Source: a virus. From it: 64,000 nucleotides of DNA. Below the pieces are notes generated by a model, which was not told the DNA's origin, searched no databases, and saw only the letters and a program-made list of their open reading frames with translations. Positions 47,204 through 55,373 of the stretch are shown piece after piece. Position 1 is the first letter of the stretch, and each line of letters opens with the position of its first letter. The stretch is taken from the IMG/VR virus record IMGVR_UViG_3300045541_000131, positions 32,001-96,000 of that record, one strand, 5' to 3'. A program made the translations under genes and the position numbers.

Positions 47204-48050
47204 AGTCAGTGAAATATTTTATTCGGCACAAGGCGAAGGAAGATTCGTCGGTGTGCCCAGTATCTTTTTTAGAACTTTTGGTTGTAACTTTAAGTGTGCA
47301 GGATTTGGTTTACCCGCAGGTGAAAAAACCACAGAGCCAGACGAAATAGGTCGACAAGTTCATCTATATAAGTCTTTCATGGATTTGCCTTTGGCTAAAA
47401 CTGGTTGCGATAGTTATGCCAGCTGGCACCCTGCGTTTAAGCATTTAAGCCCTAACTACAGCGTTGATGAAGCCATTGATGCTATGCTGGCTTTGACGCC
47501 AAATCATCGTTGGGGACAAAGCAACGGCAATGATGTTCATTTGGTTATTACAGGCGGAGAGCCGTTACTTGGCTGGCAAATGCTGTATCCTGAACTGCTG
47601 GCTAATAAGCAAATGAAGGATCTTCGTAATCTAACTTTTGAAACTAACGGCACTCAACATCTGCACAAGGAATTTAAATACTTCTTGATGGATAACTTCC
47701 ATATTGCCAGAGAAGGTATTACCTTTAGCGTTAGCCCTAAACTTAGTGCCAGCGGCGAATCGTGGGAAGATGCAGTTAGACCTGAGGTTATTAAAGAGTA
47801 TCAACAGGTAGGCTTTACTTACTTGAAGTTTGTAATTGATAAACAAGAAGATTTCGACGAAGTTGATCGTGCTGTTCAAGAATACCGTCGAGTTGGCTTT
47901 ACTGGACCTGTCTATGTTATGCCCGTTGGCGGTACTGATGCTGCCTATTTTAGCAATACTAAACACATCGCCGACGAAGCATTGGCTCGCGGCTATCGTT
48001 ACAGTCCACGACTACATGTGGACATTTGGAGCAATGGTTGGGGAAAGTAA
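47190..48050 (+). CDS. queE: 7-carboxy-7-deazaguanine synthase (radical SAM)
   Basis: EIF.S.QGEG...G.PS.F.R.FGCN, GCDS, TGGEP, ETNGT, SPKL, LKFV and SPRLH motifs. Confidence 0.9.
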   Translation: MEKFKVSEIFYSAQGEGRFVGVPSIFFRTFGCNFKCAGFGLPAGEKTTEPDEIGRQVHLYKSFMDLPLAKTGCDSYASWHPAFKHLSPNYSVDEAIDAMLALTPNHRWGQSNGNDVHLVITGGEPLLGWQMLYPELLANKQMKDLRNLTFETNGTQHLHKEFKYFLMDNFHIAREGITFSVSPKLSASGESWEDAVRPEVIKEYQQVGFTYLKFVIDKQEDFDEVDRAVQEYRRVGFTGPVYVMPVGGTDAAYFSNTKHIADEALARGYRYSPRLHVDIWSNGWGK

Positions 48051-48277
48051 CAGAAACGAGAACTAGAACATTAGTTAAGACTGTTATCTATAGAATATGG
48101 GTAATAGTATCAACTTATGTGATGTTATTGCTTACTGGTCAGAGCATGACACAGGCTCTGATTCCAACCATTATTATTAACTGTGTTTGGATGACGTCAT
48201 ATTATCTGTATGATCGACTATGGAGCCATATAGATTGGGGAAGAAATGAAAGCACAGACGCCAGCACAAGGAATTAG
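48026..48277 (+). CDS. Small membrane protein (second DUF2061-like copy)
   Basis: RTLVKTVIYR...YY.YDRLW..I.WG; start codon uncertain. Confidence 0.6.
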   Translation: MEQWLGKVTETRTRTLVKTVIYRIWVIVSTYVMLLLTGQSMTQALIPTIIINCVWMTSYYLYDRLWSHIDWGRNESTDASTRN

Positions 48278-48599
48278 TCTTACCGGAGACTACGGCGGAG
48301 CTAAAAACTTTAAAGTAGAATGCGACTGCGGCAGCGATGATCATGCTGCTCATATGTGGATCGAGATACAACGTGATCAAGATGTCCCTGATGTAGAAGT
48401 TAGTTTTTATGTAACTACTTGGACTAAACAGTTCTGGGATGGATGGCCGGCTCGACTACGAGCCGTGTTTGATATCCTTGTTCAAGGTGTACACAAACAA
48501 GAACATCATATGTTGTTGAACAAGCAAAGTGCCGTAAACTTTGCTCATGCAATTTTAGATACTGTAAAAGAAATGGAAAAGAAAAATGGCAATGCCTGA
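48246..48599 (+). CDS. Hypothetical protein
   Basis: 117 aa with a CxC....H motif. Confidence 0.6.
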   Translation: MKAQTPAQGISLTGDYGGAKNFKVECDCGSDDHAAHMWIEIQRDQDVPDVEVSFYVTTWTKQFWDGWPARLRAVFDILVQGVHKQEHHMLLNKQSAVNFAHAILDTVKEMEKKNGNA

Positions 48600-48774
48600 A
48601 AAAGTTATTATCCCTGCCGCAAAAGATCCCGGACGCGGACATTTTTATGTTAGCCTTTTTAAAAGCGCCATACGCATTGGTGCAGGTCTATATTTGATCT
48701 ATGGCAATCTTTTTATGGCCGGTATTTTCCTTATTGCGGCCGAAGTCCTTGGCGTAGTTGAGGAATTGGTATGA
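48586..48774 (+). CDS. Small membrane protein
   Basis: HF.VS..KS.IRI...AEVLG.VEEL. Confidence 0.6.
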   Translation: MAMPEKVIIPAAKDPGRGHFYVSLFKSAIRIGAGLYLIYGNLFMAGIFLIAAEVLGVVEELV

Positions 48775-49103
48775 ACTTCTTTAAAAACCTTTTTGGTAAA
48801 AAAGAACAGCCAAGTAATCCAAAAGAAAGTAAAGAGCCGTGGGTTAACGTTGTTAACACTGACTTCGACGAAAGTAACCCTAGACAAGGTTTCATGGAGT
48901 TAGAGTGGAATGACGCTTTTATCCAATTCCTCAAAGAGCATGGTTACACGGGCAAAAACGACGAAGAAATAGTAGACAAGTGGTTTACTGAATTGTGCAA
49001 GAACATTGGTGCTCAATTGGACGAAGAATCCAAATTTGTAGCAGATGCAGATGTTTTACCAAAACGTCGAAAGAAAGTTGACAAGAAATCCAATGAAAAG
49101 TAA
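48771..49103 (+). CDS. Hypothetical protein
   Basis: 110-aa coupled ORF. Confidence 0.65.
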   Translation: MNFFKNLFGKKEQPSNPKESKEPWVNVVNTDFDESNPRQGFMELEWNDAFIQFLKEHGYTGKNDEEIVDKWFTELCKNIGAQLDEESKFVADADVLPKRRKKVDKKSNEK

Positions 49104-49305
49104 ACTTAACTGGAACTTTCGCATAAATTGGGTAGGAAACGATCACATTCTAATTGCTTACAAAAAACAAGACAATGATGAATGGGACGAGTTTTTACTT
49201 ACTGTACGAGAATATACTGAATGGATGAGTTTATTGCAAGATTTTAATTCTGCATTTCACGATCGTATTGAACAACAACTTCTTAACTCTTATTTAAATG
49301 GCTAA
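49093..49305 (+). CDS. Hypothetical protein
   Basis: Short coupled ORF. Confidence 0.55.
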   Translation: MKSKLNWNFRINWVGNDHILIAYKKQDNDEWDEFLLTVREYTEWMSLLQDFNSAFHDRIEQQLLNSYLNG

Positions 49306-50284
49306 AATGTATCTTCTAGTAGACGCCGCTAACATGTTCTTTCGTGCCCGTCATGTGGTACGAGGAGAGGACGCTGAAACTAAAGTTGGTATGGCATACC
49401 ATATTATGTTCAACAGCATTAACAAAGTATGGCGTGATTTTAAAGGTAGTCACGTTGTGGTCTGTCTCGAAGGCCGCAGTTGGCGTAAGGATGTCTACGA
49501 AGGCTACAAGCGTAATCGAGCCGATGCTCGTGCTGCACTTAGTCCAAAGGAAGCAGAAGAAGATAAAATCTTCTGGCAAGCATTCGATGAACTCAAAGAA
49601 TATCTCACTGCTAAAACAAATTGCACGGTACTTCGGCATGACCGTTGCGAGGCTGATGATTTTATTGCTCGTTGGATTCATAATCATCCCGACGATAATC
49701 ATGTTATTGTAAGTAGCGACAGCGACTTTTATCAACTATTGGCTCCTAATGTCAGGCAATATAATGGCATTACTAAACAGCTAATCACTGTCGAAGGTGT
49801 CTTTGATGAAAAAGGCAAACGAGTCTTAGATAAGAAAACCAAGGAACCCTTGCCAGCACCTGATCCTCAGTGGCTGCTATTTGAAAAATGTATGCGCGGT
49901 GATACTACTGACAATATATTCAGTGCTTATCCCGGTGTGCGTGAAAAGGGCAGTAAGAACAAGGTTGGACTTCGCGAAGCATTTGCTGACAGGGATACCA
50001 AAGGATACAATTGGAACAACATGATGCTACAGCGTTGGGTTGACCACGAAGGTATTGAGCATCGTGTCAGAGACAAGTATCTGTTCAATAAACAATTAAT
50101 TGACTTGACTGAACAGCCCGAAGATATTAAACTAGCACTAGACGAAACTATTGCCACTGCAACTGGCAAGACCCGTGTAAGTCAAGTCGGCTTACATTTT
50201 GTAAAGTTTTGTTCCAAATGGAATCTTGTTAATGTGGCAGACAAGATGACAGAGCATGGAGATTATCTGGGAGCGGCATACTAA
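49298..50284 (+). CDS. rnh: T4 RNase H-like 5'-3' exonuclease / flap nuclease
   Basis: LVD..N, SWRK..Y..YK.NR, EADD, SSD.DF.QL and GD..DNI motifs. Confidence 0.88.
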   Translation: MAKMYLLVDAANMFFRARHVVRGEDAETKVGMAYHIMFNSINKVWRDFKGSHVVVCLEGRSWRKDVYEGYKRNRADARAALSPKEAEEDKIFWQAFDELKEYLTAKTNCTVLRHDRCEADDFIARWIHNHPDDNHVIVSSDSDFYQLLAPNVRQYNGITKQLITVEGVFDEKGKRVLDKKTKEPLPAPDPQWLLFEKCMRGDTTDNIFSAYPGVREKGSKNKVGLREAFADRDTKGYNWNNMMLQRWVDHEGIEHRVRDKYLFNKQLIDLTEQPEDIKLALDETIATATGKTRVSQVGLHFVKFCSKWNLVNVADKMTEHGDYLGAAY

Positions 50285-50751
50285 TGATTCTGGCAAAAAG
50301 CGTGATTAAAGACAAGTTTTGGATTCTTGAAGAAAATGCCAAGCGTGTTGGCATGATGAACTTCAAGGACAATAGTTATACTATTAATCTTAGGCGTAAA
50401 GATTTTACGGTAAAAGACACTACCGAACTTAAAAAGATGGGAATCGAGTTTGTAAATCGCGATCTCAAACACGGCGGCCACTTGGAAGTCATGGGTTATC
50501 CCACGGATCAAGAAGAAGTCTTTAATGTCAAGGAAATCGACGGTTATCCCACCTTTACCAAAAAAGCCGCTAGTAAAAGTACCCATGTGGCGGGATGGTA
50601 CGGACTAAAGTTTAAGAATGGATGGGTTTGTAGCCTATGCCCAAGACTAACTACAGTTAAAACCAACGTTCATGTTGGTCCATATAAAACTAAAATGGAA
50701 CTTAAAGTAGTACTAGGACAGCAAAAAACCGAAGATTTTGAAGATGATTAA
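50284..50751 (+). CDS. Hypothetical protein
   Basis: 155-aa coupled ORF. Confidence 0.65.
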   Translation: MILAKSVIKDKFWILEENAKRVGMMNFKDNSYTINLRRKDFTVKDTTELKKMGIEFVNRDLKHGGHLEVMGYPTDQEEVFNVKEIDGYPTFTKKAASKSTHVAGWYGLKFKNGWVCSLCPRLTTVKTNVHVGPYKTKMELKVVLGQQKTEDFEDD

Positions 50752-50762
50752 ATAATGCTTTA

Positions 50763-50800
50763 ATGCGTTTCTCTGATAAATACAAATAGGAGAAACGCAT
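50763..50800 (+). promoter_or_regulatory. RBS-sequestering hairpin with a TAAATA late promoter in its loop
   Basis: ATGCGTTTCTC (50763-73) pairs perfectly with GAGAAACGCAT (50790-800), which covers the SD and start codon; TAAATA at 50777. Confidence 0.72.
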
Positions 50801-51116
50801 GGCAAGACCTAAGCCTACTATACTTTTAACTCATGTAGACCCTAGCACTTATAAAAGTGAAGAAATTCTAGAAGCTGAAGCCATCTATGCAGTTTTCTAT
50901 AAAGGACGACCATTTAATCTACGCAGTCATTTGAACAGTTTACAGGATTATCCTGGTCCTAAATATAAAAAGGTCAGTTTTAGTAATCCAGGTCATGCAT
51001 TCAATTTGATGGAAAAAATGAATAAACTATTCAAGTGTCAAGACTTTAGTGTTGTTGAGCTTACCGAAGGTGCTGTGGTTAATGAGTACGAGCTGGTCAA
51101 AAAATCAGAAAAGTAA
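50799..51116 (+). CDS. Hypothetical protein (likely late-expressed)
   Basis: 105 aa with an AGGAGA RBS. Confidence 0.7.
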   Translation: MARPKPTILLTHVDPSTYKSEEILEAEAIYAVFYKGRPFNLRSHLNSLQDYPGPKYKKVSFSNPGHAFNLMEKMNKLFKCQDFSVVELTEGAVVNEYELVKKSEK

Positions 51117-51423
51117 ACTGATCCTCCAAGAGATACAAAAGTCAGTGGATATTCCGCTGACTTTTTTTATGATTTTCAAGAACGAAAAAGGCACCAGATT
51201 TACTGGTACTGGCTTTGAACTAGCTAAATCTATTTGGAAAACTTATACAGTCAATCTGCCAGATAATTATCGCATACTAAATAGAACGCTGCTTATGCTG
51301 GACGATAGAATGGACTGGCCTTACTATCTCAGCAAGCGAAAACTAGTGCTATTCAGCGAGATAGATGCTTTCGAATTTACACTTTATCAAGGCGATATAA
51401 ATCAATGGGCCCGCAAGGATTAA
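51082..51423 (+). CDS. Hypothetical protein
   Basis: Coupled ORF. Confidence 0.55.
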   Translation: MSTSWSKNQKSKLILQEIQKSVDIPLTFFMIFKNEKGTRFTGTGFELAKSIWKTYTVNLPDNYRILNRTLLMLDDRMDWPYYLSKRKLVLFSEIDAFEFTLYQGDINQWARKD

Positions 51424-52103
51424 AAGAACAACTGCTAGAACAAGGATTTGTTGTAGTAAAAAATACAATACCAAAGATCATCATTGATCATATTAACGAG
51501 CGTTGGTGGGAGCTAAGACCCGATCGTGGTCATGCTGTAGATAACAAATACTTTCCCAGAGGCAAAGTTCTTGAATGTCCGGAGTTTGCTTTGTGGTGGA
51601 GTCAACAGCTACACGATTGGATGGAAGTACAAGCAGTGGGAAGAATACTGCTAAATCATGTAGGACATTTATTTACAGATCCTGCGGTATATGTAGCAGA
51701 CATCATTACTAACACACCTAAAAACAAATACATCAAGCCCCACATCGACAGCCCGTATCGTTTTGATCGTTGGCACGAAAGGTTTGATCTGCTTGGTGTT
51801 CAATGTATTATTCCTCTTTGCGAGTTTACACAAGCCAACGGAGGAACAGGATTATTACCAGGTAGTCATAAAAAGAATTGGGTGGTACAAGATAGCTATC
51901 GCGGTGTTTATAATGAAGAATTTTTACAAGGTGTTGTGCAACCGCATATGATGCCAGGAGATGCATTAATTTATTTTCCCCGTGTTCTTCACAGTACCAT
52001 GCCCAATAATACTGAATACGATCGCAGGGCATTATTAGTACACATTACCAGCAAAGAAATGATTAACCAAATGAAATTGGTAGACAATATTTGGTTAGAA
52101 TAA
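51405..52103 (+). CDS. Phytanoyl-CoA dioxygenase (PhyH)-family Fe(II)/2OG oxygenase
   Basis: EQGFVVV, PHID, NGGT..LPGSH and PGDAL....LH...PN....R motifs. Confidence 0.85.
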   Translation: MGPQGLKEQLLEQGFVVVKNTIPKIIIDHINERWWELRPDRGHAVDNKYFPRGKVLECPEFALWWSQQLHDWMEVQAVGRILLNHVGHLFTDPAVYVADIITNTPKNKYIKPHIDSPYRFDRWHERFDLLGVQCIIPLCEFTQANGGTGLLPGSHKKNWVVQDSYRGVYNEEFLQGVVQPHMMPGDALIYFPRVLHSTMPNNTEYDRRALLVHITSKEMINQMKLVDNIWLE

Positions 52104-52193
52104 TCAAAAACCTGTCAACTGACTTGGTATCCTAGGCGTTAAATATATAAGCAAGTAAATTTACTTGCTGAGATTTCGTCAAAGGAGATAAAC

Positions 52194-52439
52194 ATGAAAT
52201 CACTTATCGCTATCGTTGCTGCTCTGGCCGTTGGTACTGCATTTGCTAATGCCCCTGCTAAAACTGAAGAAGTTAAGAAGCCTGCGGCTGCTACTACTCC
52301 AGCTCCTGCCACACCTAAGGAAATGCCTAAGGTAGAAAAGCCAAAGACCAAGGCTGAAAAGGAGGCTGAAAAGAAAGCTGCCACCAAAAGTGAGCCTGCT
52401 AAGGCAGAGCCCGCTAAAACCGAAGCTGCTAAGAAGTAA
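52194..52439 (+). CDS. Secreted low-complexity Ala/Lys/Pro/Glu-rich protein
   Basis: AAGGAGA RBS, signal peptide ending AFA, and EPAK repeats. Confidence 0.7.
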   Translation: MKSLIAIVAALAVGTAFANAPAKTEEVKKPAAATTPAPATPKEMPKVEKPKTKAEKEAEKKAATKSEPAKAEPAKTEAAKK

Positions 52440-52650
52440 TCCGCATAGAGTTGCACTAGTTATCATTGATGGATTCGATCCATTAGAAATTGAAATAAAC
52501 GATGACTTTATCTATGTTGGATATACACGCCGGCCAGATGAGTTAGATTTTATTGCTGACAATGACGACGATGAACTCAGTGATTATGTAAAGCTAAGAC
52601 TTTTTCTCGCAAGAGAAATGGCACTTAGAGCATACAAAAGGAAACAAGAG

Positions 52651-52676
52651 GAAGCCGCTTAATGCGGCTTCTTTTT
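52651..52676 (+). terminator. Intrinsic terminator
   Basis: GAAGCCGC-TTAAT-GCGGCTTC followed by TTTTT. Confidence 0.7.
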
Positions 52677-52806
52677 GACAAAATTATGATCCAGCATTAC
52701 ATCGTTCGCTATGATGATCACAAGGATCAATATTGCGTGTTAGAAGTTTTAGAGTGCGAATTAAAACTACATAGCATGTACAACACTCTTGCAGGAGCGA
52801 GATCCA

Positions 52807-52992
52807 ATGCCGACAAACTCAATGAGCAATACCAAAAGTCTTTGGCAAGTCAACATCACTGATATTAACGGTCAAGTGGTTGAAGAAATAACTTTTGAAT
52901 TCCGTAAGGAAGCCGAGTTTTTTGCTCGACAATACAATCAGGATCCAGAACCAAACACCCAAGCTCAACTTCCTGTAGAAACCAAATATTGA
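52807..52992 (+). CDS. Small early hypothetical protein
   Basis: Its stop codon lies inside the -35 box of the next promoter. Confidence 0.5.
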   Translation: MPTNSMSNTKSLWQVNITDINGQVVEEITFEFRKEAEFFARQYNQDPEPNTQAQLPVETKY

Positions 52993-53017
52993 CACAAATT
53001 GGTTTTGGTGCTACACT
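52989..53017 (+). promoter_or_regulatory. Early sigma70-like promoter (repeat copy 1)
   Basis: TTGACA-caaattggttttggtgc(17)-TACACT. Confidence 0.75.
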
Positions 53018-53038
53018 AGCAAAATCGTAAACAAGGAG

Positions 53039-53248
53039 ATGGCTATGAGCCGTATGCGTGATTTGGTTATTGACATCCAAGATGCCATTGAGCAAGGCAG
53101 CGAATCCTTTGTGGAAATTGCCGAGCGTTTTAATGTGACATTCGCTGATGTCAAGGCCATTTCTGACGCCCTTGACGACTACTATGATATGCTGGCTCGT
53201 AGCCATACCGCAGTAGATGTGGGCTGTGAGTTTGATCCCAAATATTGA
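53039..53248 (+). CDS. Small acidic early protein
   Basis: AAGGAGA RBS immediately upstream. Confidence 0.6.
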   Translation: MAMSRMRDLVIDIQDAIEQGSESFVEIAERFNVTFADVKAISDALDDYYDMLARSHTAVDVGCEFDPKY

Positions 53249-53273
53249 CACTAAATTGGTTTGAGCTTACAAT
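53245..53273 (+). promoter_or_regulatory. Early sigma70-like promoter (repeat copy 2)
   Basis: TTGACA-ctaaattggtttgagct(17)-TACAAT. Confidence 0.75.
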
Positions 53274-53303
53274 AGCATTATCGTGAACAAAACGGAGACC
53301 ACA

Positions 53304-53585
53304 ATGGCTACCGAAATCTATAATCAGTTGACCGAGCAGGAAAAGCGCGAAGTTCGCATGTATGGCTGTACCGTTGAGCAGATGCGTGAAGCGGTTGAAG
53401 ACAGCTTTACCTTTCGCTTCTCGGGTCCTGCTATGATGGCTGCTAGCCTTATGAGCGACTGCCAGGAGATGCTGGCACACGACAACGGTGGCACCTACGA
53501 CTTTATGGCAGTAGAAGATGTGCGTCAAACGCTGAATCGTGCTAAGTGGATTCTGTTCACTTATGTTATGGAAAAGCGAGCCTAA
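53304..53585 (+). CDS. Small early hypothetical protein
   Basis: GGAGA RBS before MATEIY. Confidence 0.65.
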   Translation: MATEIYNQLTEQEKREVRMYGCTVEQMREAVEDSFTFRFSGPAMMAASLMSDCQEMLAHDNGGTYDFMAVEDVRQTLNRAKWILFTYVMEKRA

Positions 53586-53595
53586 AGAGACTGTT

Positions 53596-53844
53596 ATGCC
53601 CAGCATGAGTTATTGCCTCTGTGAGAATACCAGTGCCGACATGCAGGAAATTTTAAGCCGCATGTTTGACAATGGCGTCAAATATGTCAAGGGTATGAAT
53701 CGCTACGAGCGTGATGCCTACAACGAACTCTACGAGCAGTGCCGTGAGTTTATGGCTCAATACGAAGAAATTGAAGACAAGCAAATGGAGTCAAGAGATA
53801 CAGACTATCTGGATTCTGACACTCACTTAGAGCAAGTAGAATGA
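53596..53844 (+). CDS. Small acidic early protein
   Basis: MPSMSYC..ENT..D start. Confidence 0.6.
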   Translation: MPSMSYCLCENTSADMQEILSRMFDNGVKYVKGMNRYERDAYNELYEQCREFMAQYEEIEDKQMESRDTDYLDSDTHLEQVE

Positions 53845-54032
53845 ACGAACGAATTCTAGAACTTATCCGTGATGTAGGATTCACTAACAGTGATCTAGGT
53901 GATGGCAGAGATCAAATGTTGATTGAATTCGCCGAGTTGATTGTGCGAGAATGTGTAGGTATTGCTGATGAATACGATGGTGTTGGTTCTACTATTGTAA
54001 GCAGGATCAAACAACATTTCGGAGTTGAATGA
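53841..54032 (+). CDS. MNERI-family small protein, copy 1
   Basis: MNERI.EL / EFAELIVREC / IKQHFGVE blocks. Confidence 0.7.
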   Translation: MNERILELIRDVGFTNSDLGDGRDQMLIEFAELIVRECVGIADEYDGVGSTIVSRIKQHFGVE

Positions 54033-54367
54033 TGAACGAACGAATTAAAGAACTTGTTTTCCAGGCTGGATTCATTGGAGAAAGCATGAATCCTATTATT
54101 GGGACTAGTCAAGCAACGGCATTGGAAAATTTCGCCGAATTAATTATTAAAAAGTGCGTCACGATTGGCAACTATGCTTACGACGGCGGTGAATATCCTG
54201 GGACAATGATCAAAGAATATTTCGGAGTTGAAAAACTACCTGCTTGTAAACACGATTGGTATAGTGCCCGAAACCCAGTTATACAAAATGGCAGTATTTG
54301 CGTTATTTGTGGTGTTATCGATCCCAGAGAACCGGAGGAGTTAAATCGTGAACGAACGAATTCGTGA
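54029..54367 (+). CDS. MNERI-family small protein, copy 2, with a C-terminal CxH...CxxC extension
   Basis: The same three blocks plus CKHDW...CVICG. Confidence 0.7.
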   Translation: MMNERIKELVFQAGFIGESMNPIIGTSQATALENFAELIIKKCVTIGNYAYDGGEYPGTMIKEYFGVEKLPACKHDWYSARNPVIQNGSICVICGVIDPREPEELNRERTNS

Positions 54368-54566
54368 ACTTGAGAAACAGGCGACGGAAACAGTGAAATG
54401 TGGTCTAAACGGTACTTCCACTACTGAAAGTTTTAATCGTAAAAAGTTTGCCGAGTTGATTGTCAGGGAATGTGCTAGTATTGATTTTAGACACAAAGTT
54501 GGATTGTCATCCGATGATGATTTTGAAATCAGTAAGGTTATTAAACAACATTTCGGAGTCAAATGA
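54348..54566 (+). CDS. MNERI-family small protein, copy 3
   Basis: GGAGGAG RBS and GTG start; the same three blocks. Confidence 0.7.
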   Translation: MNERIRELEKQATETVKCGLNGTSTTESFNRKKFAELIVRECASIDFRHKVGLSSDDDFEISKVIKQHFGVK

Positions 54567-54808
54567 TGATTAAGATTGACGGACTTACTCGCGAACAATG
54601 CGACATGTTGAACATTATTTGGGGTTTCAAGAGTCGGGAAGATTTTGAAGAATGGCAATTAGGCTTGCCCTTTGACCAACTGATGGTCAGTGCCGCACTG
54701 GTTGAATTGATTGCCCTTGCTATTTTGGAAGAAGACATGGGCGATAAATATCGAGCCGAAGCCCAAGCGGTTATCCAAAAGATTCAATCAAAATTTGACA
54801 CAAATTGA
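54563..54808 (+). CDS. Small early hypothetical protein
   Basis: Coupled ORF ending inside the next promoter. Confidence 0.6.
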   Translation: MMIKIDGLTREQCDMLNIIWGFKSREDFEEWQLGLPFDQLMVSAALVELIALAILEEDMGDKYRAEAQAVIQKIQSKFDTN

Positions 54809-54823
54809 ACAATCCACTATAAT
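54795..54823 (+). promoter_or_regulatory. Early sigma70-like promoter (repeat copy 3)
   Basis: Perfect consensus TTGACA-caaattgaacaatccac(17)-TATAAT. Confidence 0.85.
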
Positions 54824-54832
54824 ACAAGAATT

Positions 54833-54988
54833 ATGAAACGAGAAGTTATCACTGTCCAAATCCCGCGCCAAAAGCGCCGTGCTGACTTCTTGTTCCATAA
54901 CGGTGCTTATCGCCCGCAGACTGTCAAAAGCCGGAAAGTCTACAACCGTAAACAAATGGCTAAACCGAATATTGACACAAATTGGTGA
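54833..54988 (+). CDS. Small basic peptide (51 aa), ArfA-like pattern
   Basis: Read manually: MKREVITVQIPRQKRRADFLFHNGAYRPQTVKSRKVYNRKQMAKPNIDTNW; it lies between two promoters. Confidence 0.55.
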   Translation: MKREVITVQIPRQKRRADFLFHNGAYRPQTVKSRKVYNRKQMAKPNIDTNW

Positions 54989-55001
54989 TAGGTACTATAA
55001 T
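54972..55001 (+). promoter_or_regulatory. Early sigma70-like promoter (repeat copy 4)
   Basis: TTGACA-caaattggtgataggtac(18)-TATAAT. Confidence 0.75.
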
Positions 55002-55067
55002 AGAGGTATGATGAGCAATGGTGCTAATCATACATTTTTGACACACAGAGAGAAAGGTATTTTTATC

Positions 55068-55328
55068 ATGGCTACTTCTAAGACTTTTAAGGTTATCGGC
55101 ATTTCTACCCTCAAGGGTAAGACTAAGGTTCGTTATGCGAACGACTTGGCGACTCGTATCAAGAATCTGGTTAAGAACGGTCACACCGGTGTCGAGCTGT
55201 TCGAGCTGCCCGCTGCTATGACCAAGGAAGCAGGTCTCGCTTACGCTCGTGAGCAGAACCTGTTTGCTATCCCGGCAGACACTGATGTTTCTGCTGACGA
55301 AGTCGTTGCCGCCGCCCAAGGCGAGTAA
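55068..55328 (+). CDS. Small early protein
   Basis: Start MATSKTF follows promoter copy 4; codon choice is strongly biased (AAG, CGT, GGT). Confidence 0.7.
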   Translation: MATSKTFKVIGISTLKGKTKVRYANDLATRIKNLVKNGHTGVELFELPAAMTKEAGLAYAREQNLFAIPADTDVSADEVVAAAQGE

Positions 55329-55339
55329 TCCTAACTAAG

Positions 55340-55368
55340 GCAGGGGCGCAATGCCCCTGCTGTTGTTT
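55340..55368 (+). terminator. GC-rich hairpin, probable terminator
   Basis: GCAGGGGC-GCAAT-GCCCCTGC followed by TGTTGTTT. Confidence 0.6.
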
Positions 55369-55373
55369 ATACT

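Noticed and set aside
53841-54566. Diversity-generating retroelement template/variable repeat pair
   Set aside because: There is no reverse transcriptase in the window, and the differences are block replacements rather than adenine-specific substitutions.
54879-55067. N-terminal extension of the 54879-55328 ORF
   Set aside because: It overlaps the 54833 peptide gene and a consensus promoter; the start is more plausibly ATG 55068.
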